Source: a virus
Lineage: Duplodnaviria; Caudoviricetes
Length of the DNA stretch: 58,610 nt
IMG/VR virus record: IMGVR_UViG_3300049910_000050
Span: 1 to 58,610 of that record
Reading direction: 5' to 3' (one strand)
The notes beneath the pieces are model-generated. The model saw only the letters and a list, made by a program, of their open reading frames with translations. It made no database searches and was not told the origin of the DNA. The position numbers and the translations under genes are program-made. Positions 36,963 to 44,551 of this stretch are shown piece by piece; position 1 is the first letter of the stretch; each line of letters begins with the position of its first letter.

Positions 36963-37369
36963 TGTACGCTCGCCCCGACCCCTGCGAGTTCTGCCCCTAC
37001 CGCAGGGATGTGCCCAGTGGCGTGTGGAGCAAGGAAGAGTACGACAAGCTGGAGCAGTACGACCGGCCCACACCTGAGCAGCCGTTTTCGTGGTTCGGCT
37101 GCCACGCGCAGCCCAGCTTCGCCTGCCACGGCTGGGCCGTGGTGCACGGCAAGCAGCAGGGCCCGTACGCGCTGCTGGCGCGGCGCATGTTCCCGTTCGA
37201 TATCCCCGAGCCCGTCGTGGCGCTGTTCGCCTCGGGCCACCAGGCCGCGAAGCACGGCAGGCATCGCATGGCCAACCCTGGCCGCGCCGCCAGGGCGGCC
37301 GTGGCCAGGCTGATGCAGTACCGGCGCATCAGGGAGAATCCCTACAACGAGGTCCTGCGGGATGCGTAA
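36962..37369 (+). CDS. DUF6283-like Cys/His-rich protein
   Basis: PCEFCPYRRDVPSGVW..EYDKL..YD, F.CH, CHGW. Confidence 0.7.
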   Translation: MYARPDPCEFCPYRRDVPSGVWSKEEYDKLEQYDRPTPEQPFSWFGCHAQPSFACHGWAVVHGKQQGPYALLARRMFPFDIPEPVVALFASGHQAAKHGRHRMANPGRAARAAVARLMQYRRIRENPYNEVLRDA

Positions 37370-39725
37370 CCCCAGTTGCGACCTCTGCCCGCTGGGCGCA
37401 CACGCTCTCAACGTGTGCGTGTGGGGCGAGTGGTGGGGCGATCCCGAGTACCGTGGGCCGGTTGTCATGGTCGTCGGCATGAACCCCGGGGCTCAGGAGG
37501 ATCAGGCTGGCCGACCCTTCATCGGCCCCAGCGGCGCGCTGCTGAAGTCAGGGCTTGAGGCAGCCGGTGTCAGGCGCGCGTACCTGACCAACGCGGCGAA
37601 GTGCGTGGGCGAGGTCGACATGGATCACGCCCGGGCTTGCAAGGATTACCTTGAGGAGGAGATCGAGCATGTGGCTCCGGCTTATATTCTGGCGCTGGGA
37701 AATGTCGCTGTCCAGCGGCTACTGGGCAAGGGAACAGTCGGCCAGGTCTCTGGAAAAGAGATATGGTCGGCTCGTTACCAGGCTTGGGTTCTACCCGCCT
37801 TCCACCCGGCTGCTATCCTTCGCAATCGAGGTCGAGAGAACGCCTGGCGGGCCGATATCATTCGATTTGGCCGTCTCGTCCGGGGAGACTTGGTCCCACC
37901 CCCCAGTACGCCGCCTGTCCGTGTGGACCTCGTGGAGTCTGGGCGAGCGCTACGGTCACTGGAGCAAACGCTGGCGACTGAGCCGTCGTGGAGCTACGAC
38001 TTCGAGACCAACACCCTCCCGTGGTGGCACCGGGGCTTCCGAGTCTACTCGGTCGCCTTCAGCTTCACCGGCCAGGAAGCAGTCGTACTCCCGATTGCAC
38101 ACCCGGACTGCGACGAGCGTTGGACTCGGGGTGTGCTGGCATGGGCGCGAACGCGGGCTGTGCCCCTCCTGCGCGAGCCCGGCACGAAGCGGATAGTCCA
38201 CAACGGGATGTTCGACGATCTCGTCTGGTTCAGGGTGCTTGGCCAGCTTTCCCGTTCCAGCTTCGACACGATGCTGGCTCTACAGCTTCTTGACGAGAAC
38301 GCGCCCAAGAGCTTGAAGTGGGCCGGCCGGGCGCACCTGGGCTGGCCGGACTGGGACATTGATGCTCGCAAGTATCATGCGCTGGATGCGCTCGCTCCTT
38401 ACAACGGATATGACGCTGCCGCTACCGTCCTGCTGCAGGGCATCCTCGCGGACCGCCTCAACGAGGAGCCTCTGCTCCGGCGGTACTTTCAAGGCCTGGA
38501 GATGCCCAAGCTGCGAGCACTGGAACGTCTGGTCGCGCGCGGCATTTGGGTCAACCGTCAGAGAGCGGCTACTCTCTTTCGATCCGCCCGAGACGAATGG
38601 CGGGCTGCCGACGAGAAGGTCCCGGTAGACAACCCGGCCTCAGCCCGCGAGGTCGCGCGGTGGCTGTACGACACGCTCAAGCTGCCCGTAATAAAACCTG
38701 GGAAGAAGCACCCCTCGACAGATGAGGCAACTGTAAAGGCCCTCGGCCTGCGTTATCCGGACGCGCGCCTGATACTCGCCTGCCGGGCTCCACGTAAGAA
38801 GATCAGCACGTACTTCCGGCCCATCAACCACGCAACGAAGCTGAGCTTCGACGGGCGCTTCCATCCCGAGATGCGCACAACGTCGGTCGAGACGGGGCGG
38901 CTCTCTAGCTTCTTCCATACGATCCCGCGTGATCTTAGCGTACGGCCCATCTTTTCTGCCCCGGAAGGCTACGTGCTGATGCAGGCCGACTACCGTCAGA
39001 TCGAGGCCCGGCTGTGCGCCTGGATGGCAGCCGGCAGGCCCGATAGCTGGGACGGCGTGGACATCTCCAGCATGCTGTGGGCGTTCCACACGGGTCTCGA
39101 CGTGTACAGCGACTTCGCCGGAAGGTACCTGCGCAAGCACATTTCTCAGGTCACCAAGGCCGAGCGGCAGGACCTGGGCAAGGTGCCGGTACTGGCCCAG
39201 CTATACGGCATGGGCTGGATGGGGCTCAAGGAATACGCCTGGAAGGTATTCGAACTACTGTGGACCGACGCCCAGGCGCAGGCGCTGTGGCGACTGTTCC
39301 GCACGCGCTACCCCGAGTTCCCGCGCTGGCATGCCTTCACCACCTCGCGGCTTGAGCGACGGGGCTACACGGTCACCCCGCTGGGCCGCGTGCGCCGGCT
39401 ACCAGACGCGCAGTACGGGCAGCAGGACGCCATACGTGCGGGGATCAACGCGGAGCCCCAGTCGCTCGCCTCAGATATTACCCAGGCGGCGATGATCGCG
39501 CTCGATGGGGCCGGCATGCGCGTGGTCGGCAACGTCCACGACGCGCTGCTGTTCGAGGTGCCCGTGCAGGACGCGAAGGCCCAGGCGCGCAGGATCAAGA
39601 AGGGCATGCTGGCCGCGCCAGTCATGCTCCAGAAGATGGGCCTGTTCTTGCCCGAGGGGCTCATCGAGGTCGAGATTTCGGCCGGCCCATGGGGTTTGGG
39701 AAGGGACTTGACAAAGTCGATTTAG
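37362..39725 (+). CDS. Family A DNA polymerase with N-terminal family-4 uracil-DNA-glycosylase-like domain and 3'-5' exonuclease
   Basis: CDLCPL, GMNPG-ED-GRPFIG-SG, TNAAKC, HPAA; exo DFET, HN-FD, YNGYD; pol ADYRQIE, K-x7-YG, VHD. Confidence 0.93.
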   Translation: MRNPSCDLCPLGAHALNVCVWGEWWGDPEYRGPVVMVVGMNPGAQEDQAGRPFIGPSGALLKSGLEAAGVRRAYLTNAAKCVGEVDMDHARACKDYLEEEIEHVAPAYILALGNVAVQRLLGKGTVGQVSGKEIWSARYQAWVLPAFHPAAILRNRGRENAWRADIIRFGRLVRGDLVPPPSTPPVRVDLVESGRALRSLEQTLATEPSWSYDFETNTLPWWHRGFRVYSVAFSFTGQEAVVLPIAHPDCDERWTRGVLAWARTRAVPLLREPGTKRIVHNGMFDDLVWFRVLGQLSRSSFDTMLALQLLDENAPKSLKWAGRAHLGWPDWDIDARKYHALDALAPYNGYDAAATVLLQGILADRLNEEPLLRRYFQGLEMPKLRALERLVARGIWVNRQRAATLFRSARDEWRAADEKVPVDNPASAREVARWLYDTLKLPVIKPGKKHPSTDEATVKALGLRYPDARLILACRAPRKKISTYFRPINHATKLSFDGRFHPEMRTTSVETGRLSSFFHTIPRDLSVRPIFSAPEGYVLMQADYRQIEARLCAWMAAGRPDSWDGVDISSMLWAFHTGLDVYSDFAGRYLRKHISQVTKAERQDLGKVPVLAQLYGMGWMGLKEYAWKVFELLWTDAQAQALWRLFRTRYPEFPRWHAFTTSRLERRGYTVTPLGRVRRLPDAQYGQQDAIRAGINAEPQSLASDITQAAMIALDGAGMRVVGNVHDALLFEVPVQDAKAQARRIKKGMLAAPVMLQKMGLFLPEGLIEVEISAGPWGLGRDLTKSI

Positions 39726-39736
39726 GGTGGTAAAGT
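39708..39736 (+). promoter_or_regulatory. Sigma70-type promoter
   Basis: TTGACA-N17-TAAAGT with TGn. Confidence 0.75.
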
Positions 39737-39788
39737 CTGTCCCGACGTTGTCACCGAGTCCGTTTGAGGGGTGACACCGAGGAGGTAT

Positions 39789-40808
39789 ATGGAACGCATT
39801 GCTCTGGGTACGAGCGGCTTCAATGACGCCGCGCGGTGCTTGAAGCGGTACGAGTACCGCTGGGAGCTTGGTCTGGTCCCCCCGCCACGGGACGTTCGCC
39901 CGACGCTGCGCCGGGGTGTGTGGCTGCATCGCTGCCTGCAGCTTGCCGACGAGGGCGAGCCGTGGGAGACCGAGCTAGGCAGCATGGGCCAGTGGGCCGT
40001 CGACCACGGCGTCGAGCACGACAAGATCGAGCCCGCGATGGTCGAGGTGCAGACGCTGGTCGAGGACTACCTGGCGTACTGGGCTGGCCACGAGGACTTG
40101 CTGGGCGTCCCGGGTCCGTGGACGACGGTGGAAAGCGAGTATCAGGTGTGCTGGTCGCCTCGCCCGGACCTCGACCTGACCGCCACCATCGACATCCTGA
40201 AGCGTGACGGTAATGGCCGGCTGTGGATTTGGGAGCGCAAGAGCACCCAGGACATCCCCGATTCCAACTGGCGCACGGTCGACCCGCAGACCATGCTGCA
40301 GTTCACCCTGGCCCGCAAGCAGGGCCTGGAAGTCTCCGGCATCATCTTCGATTACATCTGCACGCGTCCCGCCAGGGTGCCGCGTGTCACCCAGCAGGGC
40401 CGGCTGCACAAGAGCGACGAGGAGATGCACACGCGGGCCAGGCAGTTCGCGGAGGCCGAGCAGCAGATGCGCCGCAACCGCCAGCCCGAGAGCTATATCA
40501 ACGAGTGGCGCTCACGGCTGGTCTCGGACGGCGGCGAGTGGTTCCAGCGCTACCCGACACTGCGCCCGGATGCCAACGCGCAGCTTACGCTGCGGGACGT
40601 GGCAGCCACGCTGCGCAACATCATCGAGGCCAAGAAGGCAGGCTACTGGCCGCGCTCCGTGAACCTGCTGGACTGCCGGCTGTTCTGCCCGTACGGCAAG
40701 CTGTGCATGCACGAGTACCAGTTGGGCCATGACTCGCCCGCCATGCGCGAGGAGTACATGATCCAGCAGAGCGACGACAACTACGCCATGGGCCGGAGTG
40801 ACTGGTAA
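39789..40808 (+). CDS. PD-(D/E)XK exonuclease, Cas4/AddB-like with Fe-S cysteines
   Basis: N-terminal C, G..LH, ID, ERKS, Q; C-terminal CRLFCPYGKLC. Confidence 0.85.
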   Translation: MERIALGTSGFNDAARCLKRYEYRWELGLVPPPRDVRPTLRRGVWLHRCLQLADEGEPWETELGSMGQWAVDHGVEHDKIEPAMVEVQTLVEDYLAYWAGHEDLLGVPGPWTTVESEYQVCWSPRPDLDLTATIDILKRDGNGRLWIWERKSTQDIPDSNWRTVDPQTMLQFTLARKQGLEVSGIIFDYICTRPARVPRVTQQGRLHKSDEEMHTRARQFAEAEQQMRRNRQPESYINEWRSRLVSDGGEWFQRYPTLRPDANAQLTLRDVAATLRNIIEAKKAGYWPRSVNLLDCRLFCPYGKLCMHEYQLGHDSPAMREEYMIQQSDDNYAMGRSDW

Positions 40809-41623
40809 TGAGCTTCTCCGACCTGTGGGTCCCTGCCGAGCACATGCCCTCGCTGACCCACGTCCGCATGGGCATCTACGGCCCGAACGGGGCGGGCAAG
40901 ACCACCTTTGCCAGCACCATCCCCGAGAGCGAGCGGGTGCTATACGTCAGCATTGACGACGAGAACCTTCGCCCGGTCTCCAAGCTCAAGCACTACCGCG
41001 TGGTGCGCATCAGGGACTGGAAGCACATCTGGACGGTGTACGACTGGCTGCGCAGCCAGAAGCAGGTCACCACCGTGGTGTGGGACACGTGGAGCCGCGT
41101 TCAGGACCTGGCGGTCGGGCAGGTATGCAACTACCACCCTGCCGATCCGGCCCTTTTGGCCCGATATGTTGACAATATTCCCAAAAACCCGCATGATTGG
41201 AGGGGTTGGGGCCAGGTCGGGGCCCTGTGTTCCGAGTGGCAGCGGAACTTCAACGTCCTGCCCGTCAACATCCTGTACCTGATGCAGGAGCAAGACAGAC
41301 AGAGCGAGACGGAGTTCGGTGCCGTGACCAAGACAGGACCCCGGCTTACCCCAGAAGCGCTCAAGGGTATCCGCGATAGCCTGGAAGTGCTTGGGCGGCT
41401 GTACGTCAGCCTCTCAAGCGATGATCCGGCAGCGGTGACGCTGGAGCGCGGCGACGGCATAGACCCCAACGTGAAAGAGACGAGGAGGCTCTTCATCGGT
41501 CAGCATGAGCGGTACATCGCCAAGGGACCCACCCACATCCTCGATAGGGTCATCACCGACCCGACGTGGGAGCGGGTCGTCCCCCCCATCCTCAGCGGAG
41601 CAGAGCGTAATGGTCAAGCTTGA
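40808..41623 (+). CDS. Sak4-like P-loop ATPase (AAA_24), putative recombinase
   Basis: IYGPNGAGKTTFA, VVWDT; between exonuclease and SSB-like gene. Confidence 0.8.
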   Translation: MSFSDLWVPAEHMPSLTHVRMGIYGPNGAGKTTFASTIPESERVLYVSIDDENLRPVSKLKHYRVVRIRDWKHIWTVYDWLRSQKQVTTVVWDTWSRVQDLAVGQVCNYHPADPALLARYVDNIPKNPHDWRGWGQVGALCSEWQRNFNVLPVNILYLMQEQDRQSETEFGAVTKTGPRLTPEALKGIRDSLEVLGRLYVSLSSDDPAAVTLERGDGIDPNVKETRRLFIGQHERYIAKGPTHILDRVITDPTWERVVPPILSGAERNGQA

Positions 41624-41786
41624 GGCGCACACCTCTAGCGGCACCATGGCGCTGCACGTCGAGGTGGACTTCTACGCTCCCGATCTGGAGACCGCGCTCC
41701 TCCGGATCAGACAGGCAGTTGGGGACGCGGCCCCGATTTTCGTGGACCCCAGCGCGGGTACAAACACCTTGAGGAGGGACGGATAA
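41610..41786 (+). CDS. Hypothetical protein (58 aa)
   Basis: GGAG RBS; stop coupled TAATG to next gene. Confidence 0.55.
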   Translation: MVKLEAHTSSGTMALHVEVDFYAPDLETALLRIRQAVGDAAPIFVDPSAGTNTLRRDG

Positions 41787-42367
41787 TGCCGTTCGAGGCG
41801 TTTTCCTTTGACGACTCCGTAGGTCGTACGGAGCAGGCCCGGGCTCGCGTGCCCGAGGGCTACTACCTTGTTGAGGCCGAGAAGGTCGACCCCACCCCCG
41901 CCGACTACGAGCGCACCACGGGTGTGTTCGTGACCTGGCGCATCTGTGAGGGCCCGCGCAGCAACCCCGGCGTTGGTAAGGGCGGCAAGCTGCGCGACTA
42001 CAACACCATGAAGAAGGACGCCCAGTTCGGGCTGGGCATGACGCTGGGAGCCATCGGTATGGAGCAGTTGGCCAAGGGGCTGGCGGGTCGCAGCATCGCC
42101 AACTACCAGGCGTTCCAGGCGCTGTGTGGTCAGCTTGAGAGCCGCATGAAGGGCAAGCGTGCCGTGGCGCTCATCGCGGACCAGCCCGGTAACAACGGTC
42201 GCCCCTTCTCGGGCATCGAGAGCCTGTTCCCCGTCAGCCAGTGGGACGAGCTTTCGGGGGCCATGGTGGTCGCCAGCAACGGCCCGCTGCCCACCAACAG
42301 CACGGGTGCTGCCGTCCGTCCGCCTGCGGACGACGACAACATCTTCGCGGAGTTGGACTCCCGCTAG
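41786..42367 (+). CDS. Putative single-stranded DNA-binding protein (DUF669-like)
   Basis: VPEGYYLV motif, acidic aromatic tail DDDNIF; follows Sak4-like gene. Confidence 0.65.
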   Translation: MPFEAFSFDDSVGRTEQARARVPEGYYLVEAEKVDPTPADYERTTGVFVTWRICEGPRSNPGVGKGGKLRDYNTMKKDAQFGLGMTLGAIGMEQLAKGLAGRSIANYQAFQALCGQLESRMKGKRAVALIADQPGNNGRPFSGIESLFPVSQWDELSGAMVVASNGPLPTNSTGAAVRPPADDDNIFAELDSR

Positions 42368-43233
42368 TGGGCCCCGAGGCTGGCCTCCGCGCCCGAGTGC
42401 TGCGCGCCATCCGTCATCTGCACGGCTCGCAGTGCTGGGGTTGGCCGGCCTCAGCCTTCACGGGCTCCGGCCACCCCGACCTGTTCGGGTGCTACCGGGG
42501 CTCGTTCTTCGGTCTCGAATTGAAAACCGCCACTGGGCGTTTGACCCAGCGTCAGAAGCTGGCGCTCATCGGTATCCGCAAAGCCGGTGGATACGCCTGG
42601 GTCATACGCACCGTTGAACAGGCCCTGATCGCCATGGCCTACATAGAATGTGGAGCACACCCACCCATGCCTGACCAACCTCTGGACATTGACGATTTCT
42701 TCGCCTCGCTCGACAACCCGACGCCTACTGCCCCGGCTCAGGTCGATGAGCCCGACATGACCTGGGACTTACCGCCCCCCCCGACACCCGAGACCGGCGT
42801 GCTCGATGCCGTCGAGGAGATTGCCCCTGAGGGGCCCAGTCACGAGGAGGTGCTGGCCGATCTGGACGCGCGCGGCGATGCGCTGGACGGTAAGCTGCCC
42901 ACGGTGGACGACATTCAGGCCGCGCGCGACGCGGGCTTGCTGGGCGCCGATGCGCCCGACCCGATGACCGACGTCGCGGCGTTCAAGGCGCTGGTGTTCA
43001 AGATCAGCCAAGATGTGCGCGCCGCCGGCGACCGCACCACCATGGTCTATGAGGAGCTTCACAGCCTCCGCATCGAGTTGACCGTCACCCGCAACATCGT
43101 GCAGGCCCTGGAGCGCGCCACCCGCCAGCTTATCGCCCTCATCTCGGACGGCGAGGAGCTTCCCGAGGTGCCCGTGATGCCCGAGCCTGAGGCTGCTCCC
43201 GAGCCCCCCAAGCGCCGCACCCGGCGCTCCTAG
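42367..43233 (+). CDS. VRR-NUC nuclease fused to an acidic Pro-rich/coiled-coil extension
   Basis: TAGTG start; E...GHPDL...GLELK...GRLT..Q...GG. Confidence 0.8.
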   Translation: MGPEAGLRARVLRAIRHLHGSQCWGWPASAFTGSGHPDLFGCYRGSFFGLELKTATGRLTQRQKLALIGIRKAGGYAWVIRTVEQALIAMAYIECGAHPPMPDQPLDIDDFFASLDNPTPTAPAQVDEPDMTWDLPPPPTPETGVLDAVEEIAPEGPSHEEVLADLDARGDALDGKLPTVDDIQAARDAGLLGADAPDPMTDVAAFKALVFKISQDVRAAGDRTTMVYEELHSLRIELTVTRNIVQALERATRQLIALISDGEELPEVPVMPEPEAAPEPPKRRTRRS

Positions 43234-43296
43234 TGCCGCAGTGGGGCTGGCTGCTGGGTATCTGGCTGATACTCGGCGGCCTCCTCACCTGGGGCT

Positions 43297-43461
43297 TCAG
43301 TCGCTGGAAGCGCTACCAGAAGCGCCTGGACGCGGAGGAGCAGGCGGCGAGGGATGCTGCCCGCTGGGATCGGGGAGATAGCGGTCAATGAGACGCCACA
43401 GTACGGTGACGAGAATGCCCACCAGCGCCGCGCCAAGCTGTGCCTCAACCCCTGCGTCCAC
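43297..43461 (-). CDS. Small single-TM protein (holin-like candidate)
   Basis: LGAALVGILVTVLW; last gene of late operon. Confidence 0.5.
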   Translation of the reverse strand: MDAGVEAQLGAALVGILVTVLWRLIDRYLPDPSGQHPSPPAPPRPGASGSASSD

Positions 43462-43903
43462 GGATGTTCCCCTTGTTGATCCAGCGCCAGGAGGATAGCG
43501 CCAGCACCGCGAAGCCGCCATAGATAAAGCCGTGGCCCAGCCGCCACTCCCACGTCGCCGGGCTGGGGACGATCACCTCGTAGAACGCTGACGCGCTCCA
43601 CAGGAAGCCGACCATCATCTCCGCGACGGCGCTACGCCATAGCCGGGAACGCCATGGATGAAAGAAGTCCAGCAGCAGGCCCGCTACCCCGATCAGCGCC
43701 AGCGCCGAGATGACCCACTCCAGCGGGTCGATGGTGTCCACGAATGGCCCGGTTGCCGAGCCGAAGGGCACGGCCAGTCCGAACGTGCCCCACGCCAGCG
43801 ACAGCGTAATCAGCGCCCGCCCGACCTGCTCGCGCTGGTCAGGCGAGGCTGTTGGCGCGGGTGAGGTCGGGGACGGCGTCGGTGGCTCCGGTGATGTCGT
43901 CAT
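43445..43903 (-). CDS. Four-TM membrane protein (holin candidate)
   Basis: Four hydrophobic segments and a basic C-terminus. Confidence 0.65.
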   Translation of the reverse strand: MTTSPEPPTPSPTSPAPTASPDQREQVGRALITLSLAWGTFGLAVPFGSATGPFVDTIDPLEWVISALALIGVAGLLLDFFHPWRSRLWRSAVAEMMVGFLWSASAFYEVIVPSPATWEWRLGHGFIYGGFAVLALSSWRWINKGNIRGRRG

Positions 43904-44249
43904 AGAACTGTACGAAGCGGCGGTCGGTCATCGACCACGGCATTTTCTCGACCTTCTGTTTCAGGAACTCCCAGTCGGCGTCCTCAAGTTCGAGCACATC
44001 GTCTGGGTGCGCCACGGGCTTGCCGTTGCGGCCTGGCTCGATAGTCCCCGTTGTGCCCACCCGGTCGAGCGCGTCCAGCACGCGAATGCCCTTGCGCATC
44101 TCGTCAATGCTCGCGCCCTTCTCGCGGTCGAGCGGCACCCGGATGCACTGCTCGATGACCACGCGGTAGTCCACCCGGTTGGCCTCGTATTCGGGCGTGC
44201 CGTACGCGAAGCGTGGGTCCTCCAGGCTGAGCAATCGGATGCGCTTCAT
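43839..44249 (-). CDS. Hypothetical protein
   Basis: ATGA-coupled; follows fibre genes. Confidence 0.75.
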   Translation of the reverse strand: MKRIRLLSLEDPRFAYGTPEYEANRVDYRVVIEQCIRVPLDREKGASIDEMRKGIRVLDALDRVGTTGTIEPGRNGKPVAHPDDVLELEDADWEFLKQKVEKMPWSMTDRRFVQFYDDITGATDAVPDLTRANSLA

Positions 44250-44551
44250 ACCGCAGGCACCCCGGCCATGGTGTCCCACACGGCAGAGATCATGTTCGAG
44301 ATGTCCGTGTCCGACGACAGCGAGGTGATGCCCTGGGCGCAGATCATGCCCGTGAACGGCACGACCAGCATCTGTGGCGAGTTGGCAACCCGCGTGGCCA
44401 GGGAAACGCGCATGGCGTGGTTGGGCGTCGAGGCGTTTTCCGAGGCGACGTCCTGGGCGGTCTTGGACATCGACATCGACACCCGGGCCTGCGTGGCCGG
44501 GTTCTGCGACTCAGAGAACTGGCTGGCGAGAGATGGAGGGGTAGTGGTCAT
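44246..44551 (-). CDS. Hypothetical fibre-associated protein
   Basis: ATGA-coupled to tail fibre. Confidence 0.75.
   Translation of the reverse strand: MTTTPPSLASQFSESQNPATQARVSMSMSKTAQDVASENASTPNHAMRVSLATRVANSPQMLVVPFTGMICAQGITSLSSDTDISNMISAVWDTMAGVPAV

Noticed and set aside
39789-40808. CRISPR-Cas system based on the Cas4-like gene
   Set aside because: Context is the usual exonuclease-Sak4-SSB recombination module; no other cas genes or array
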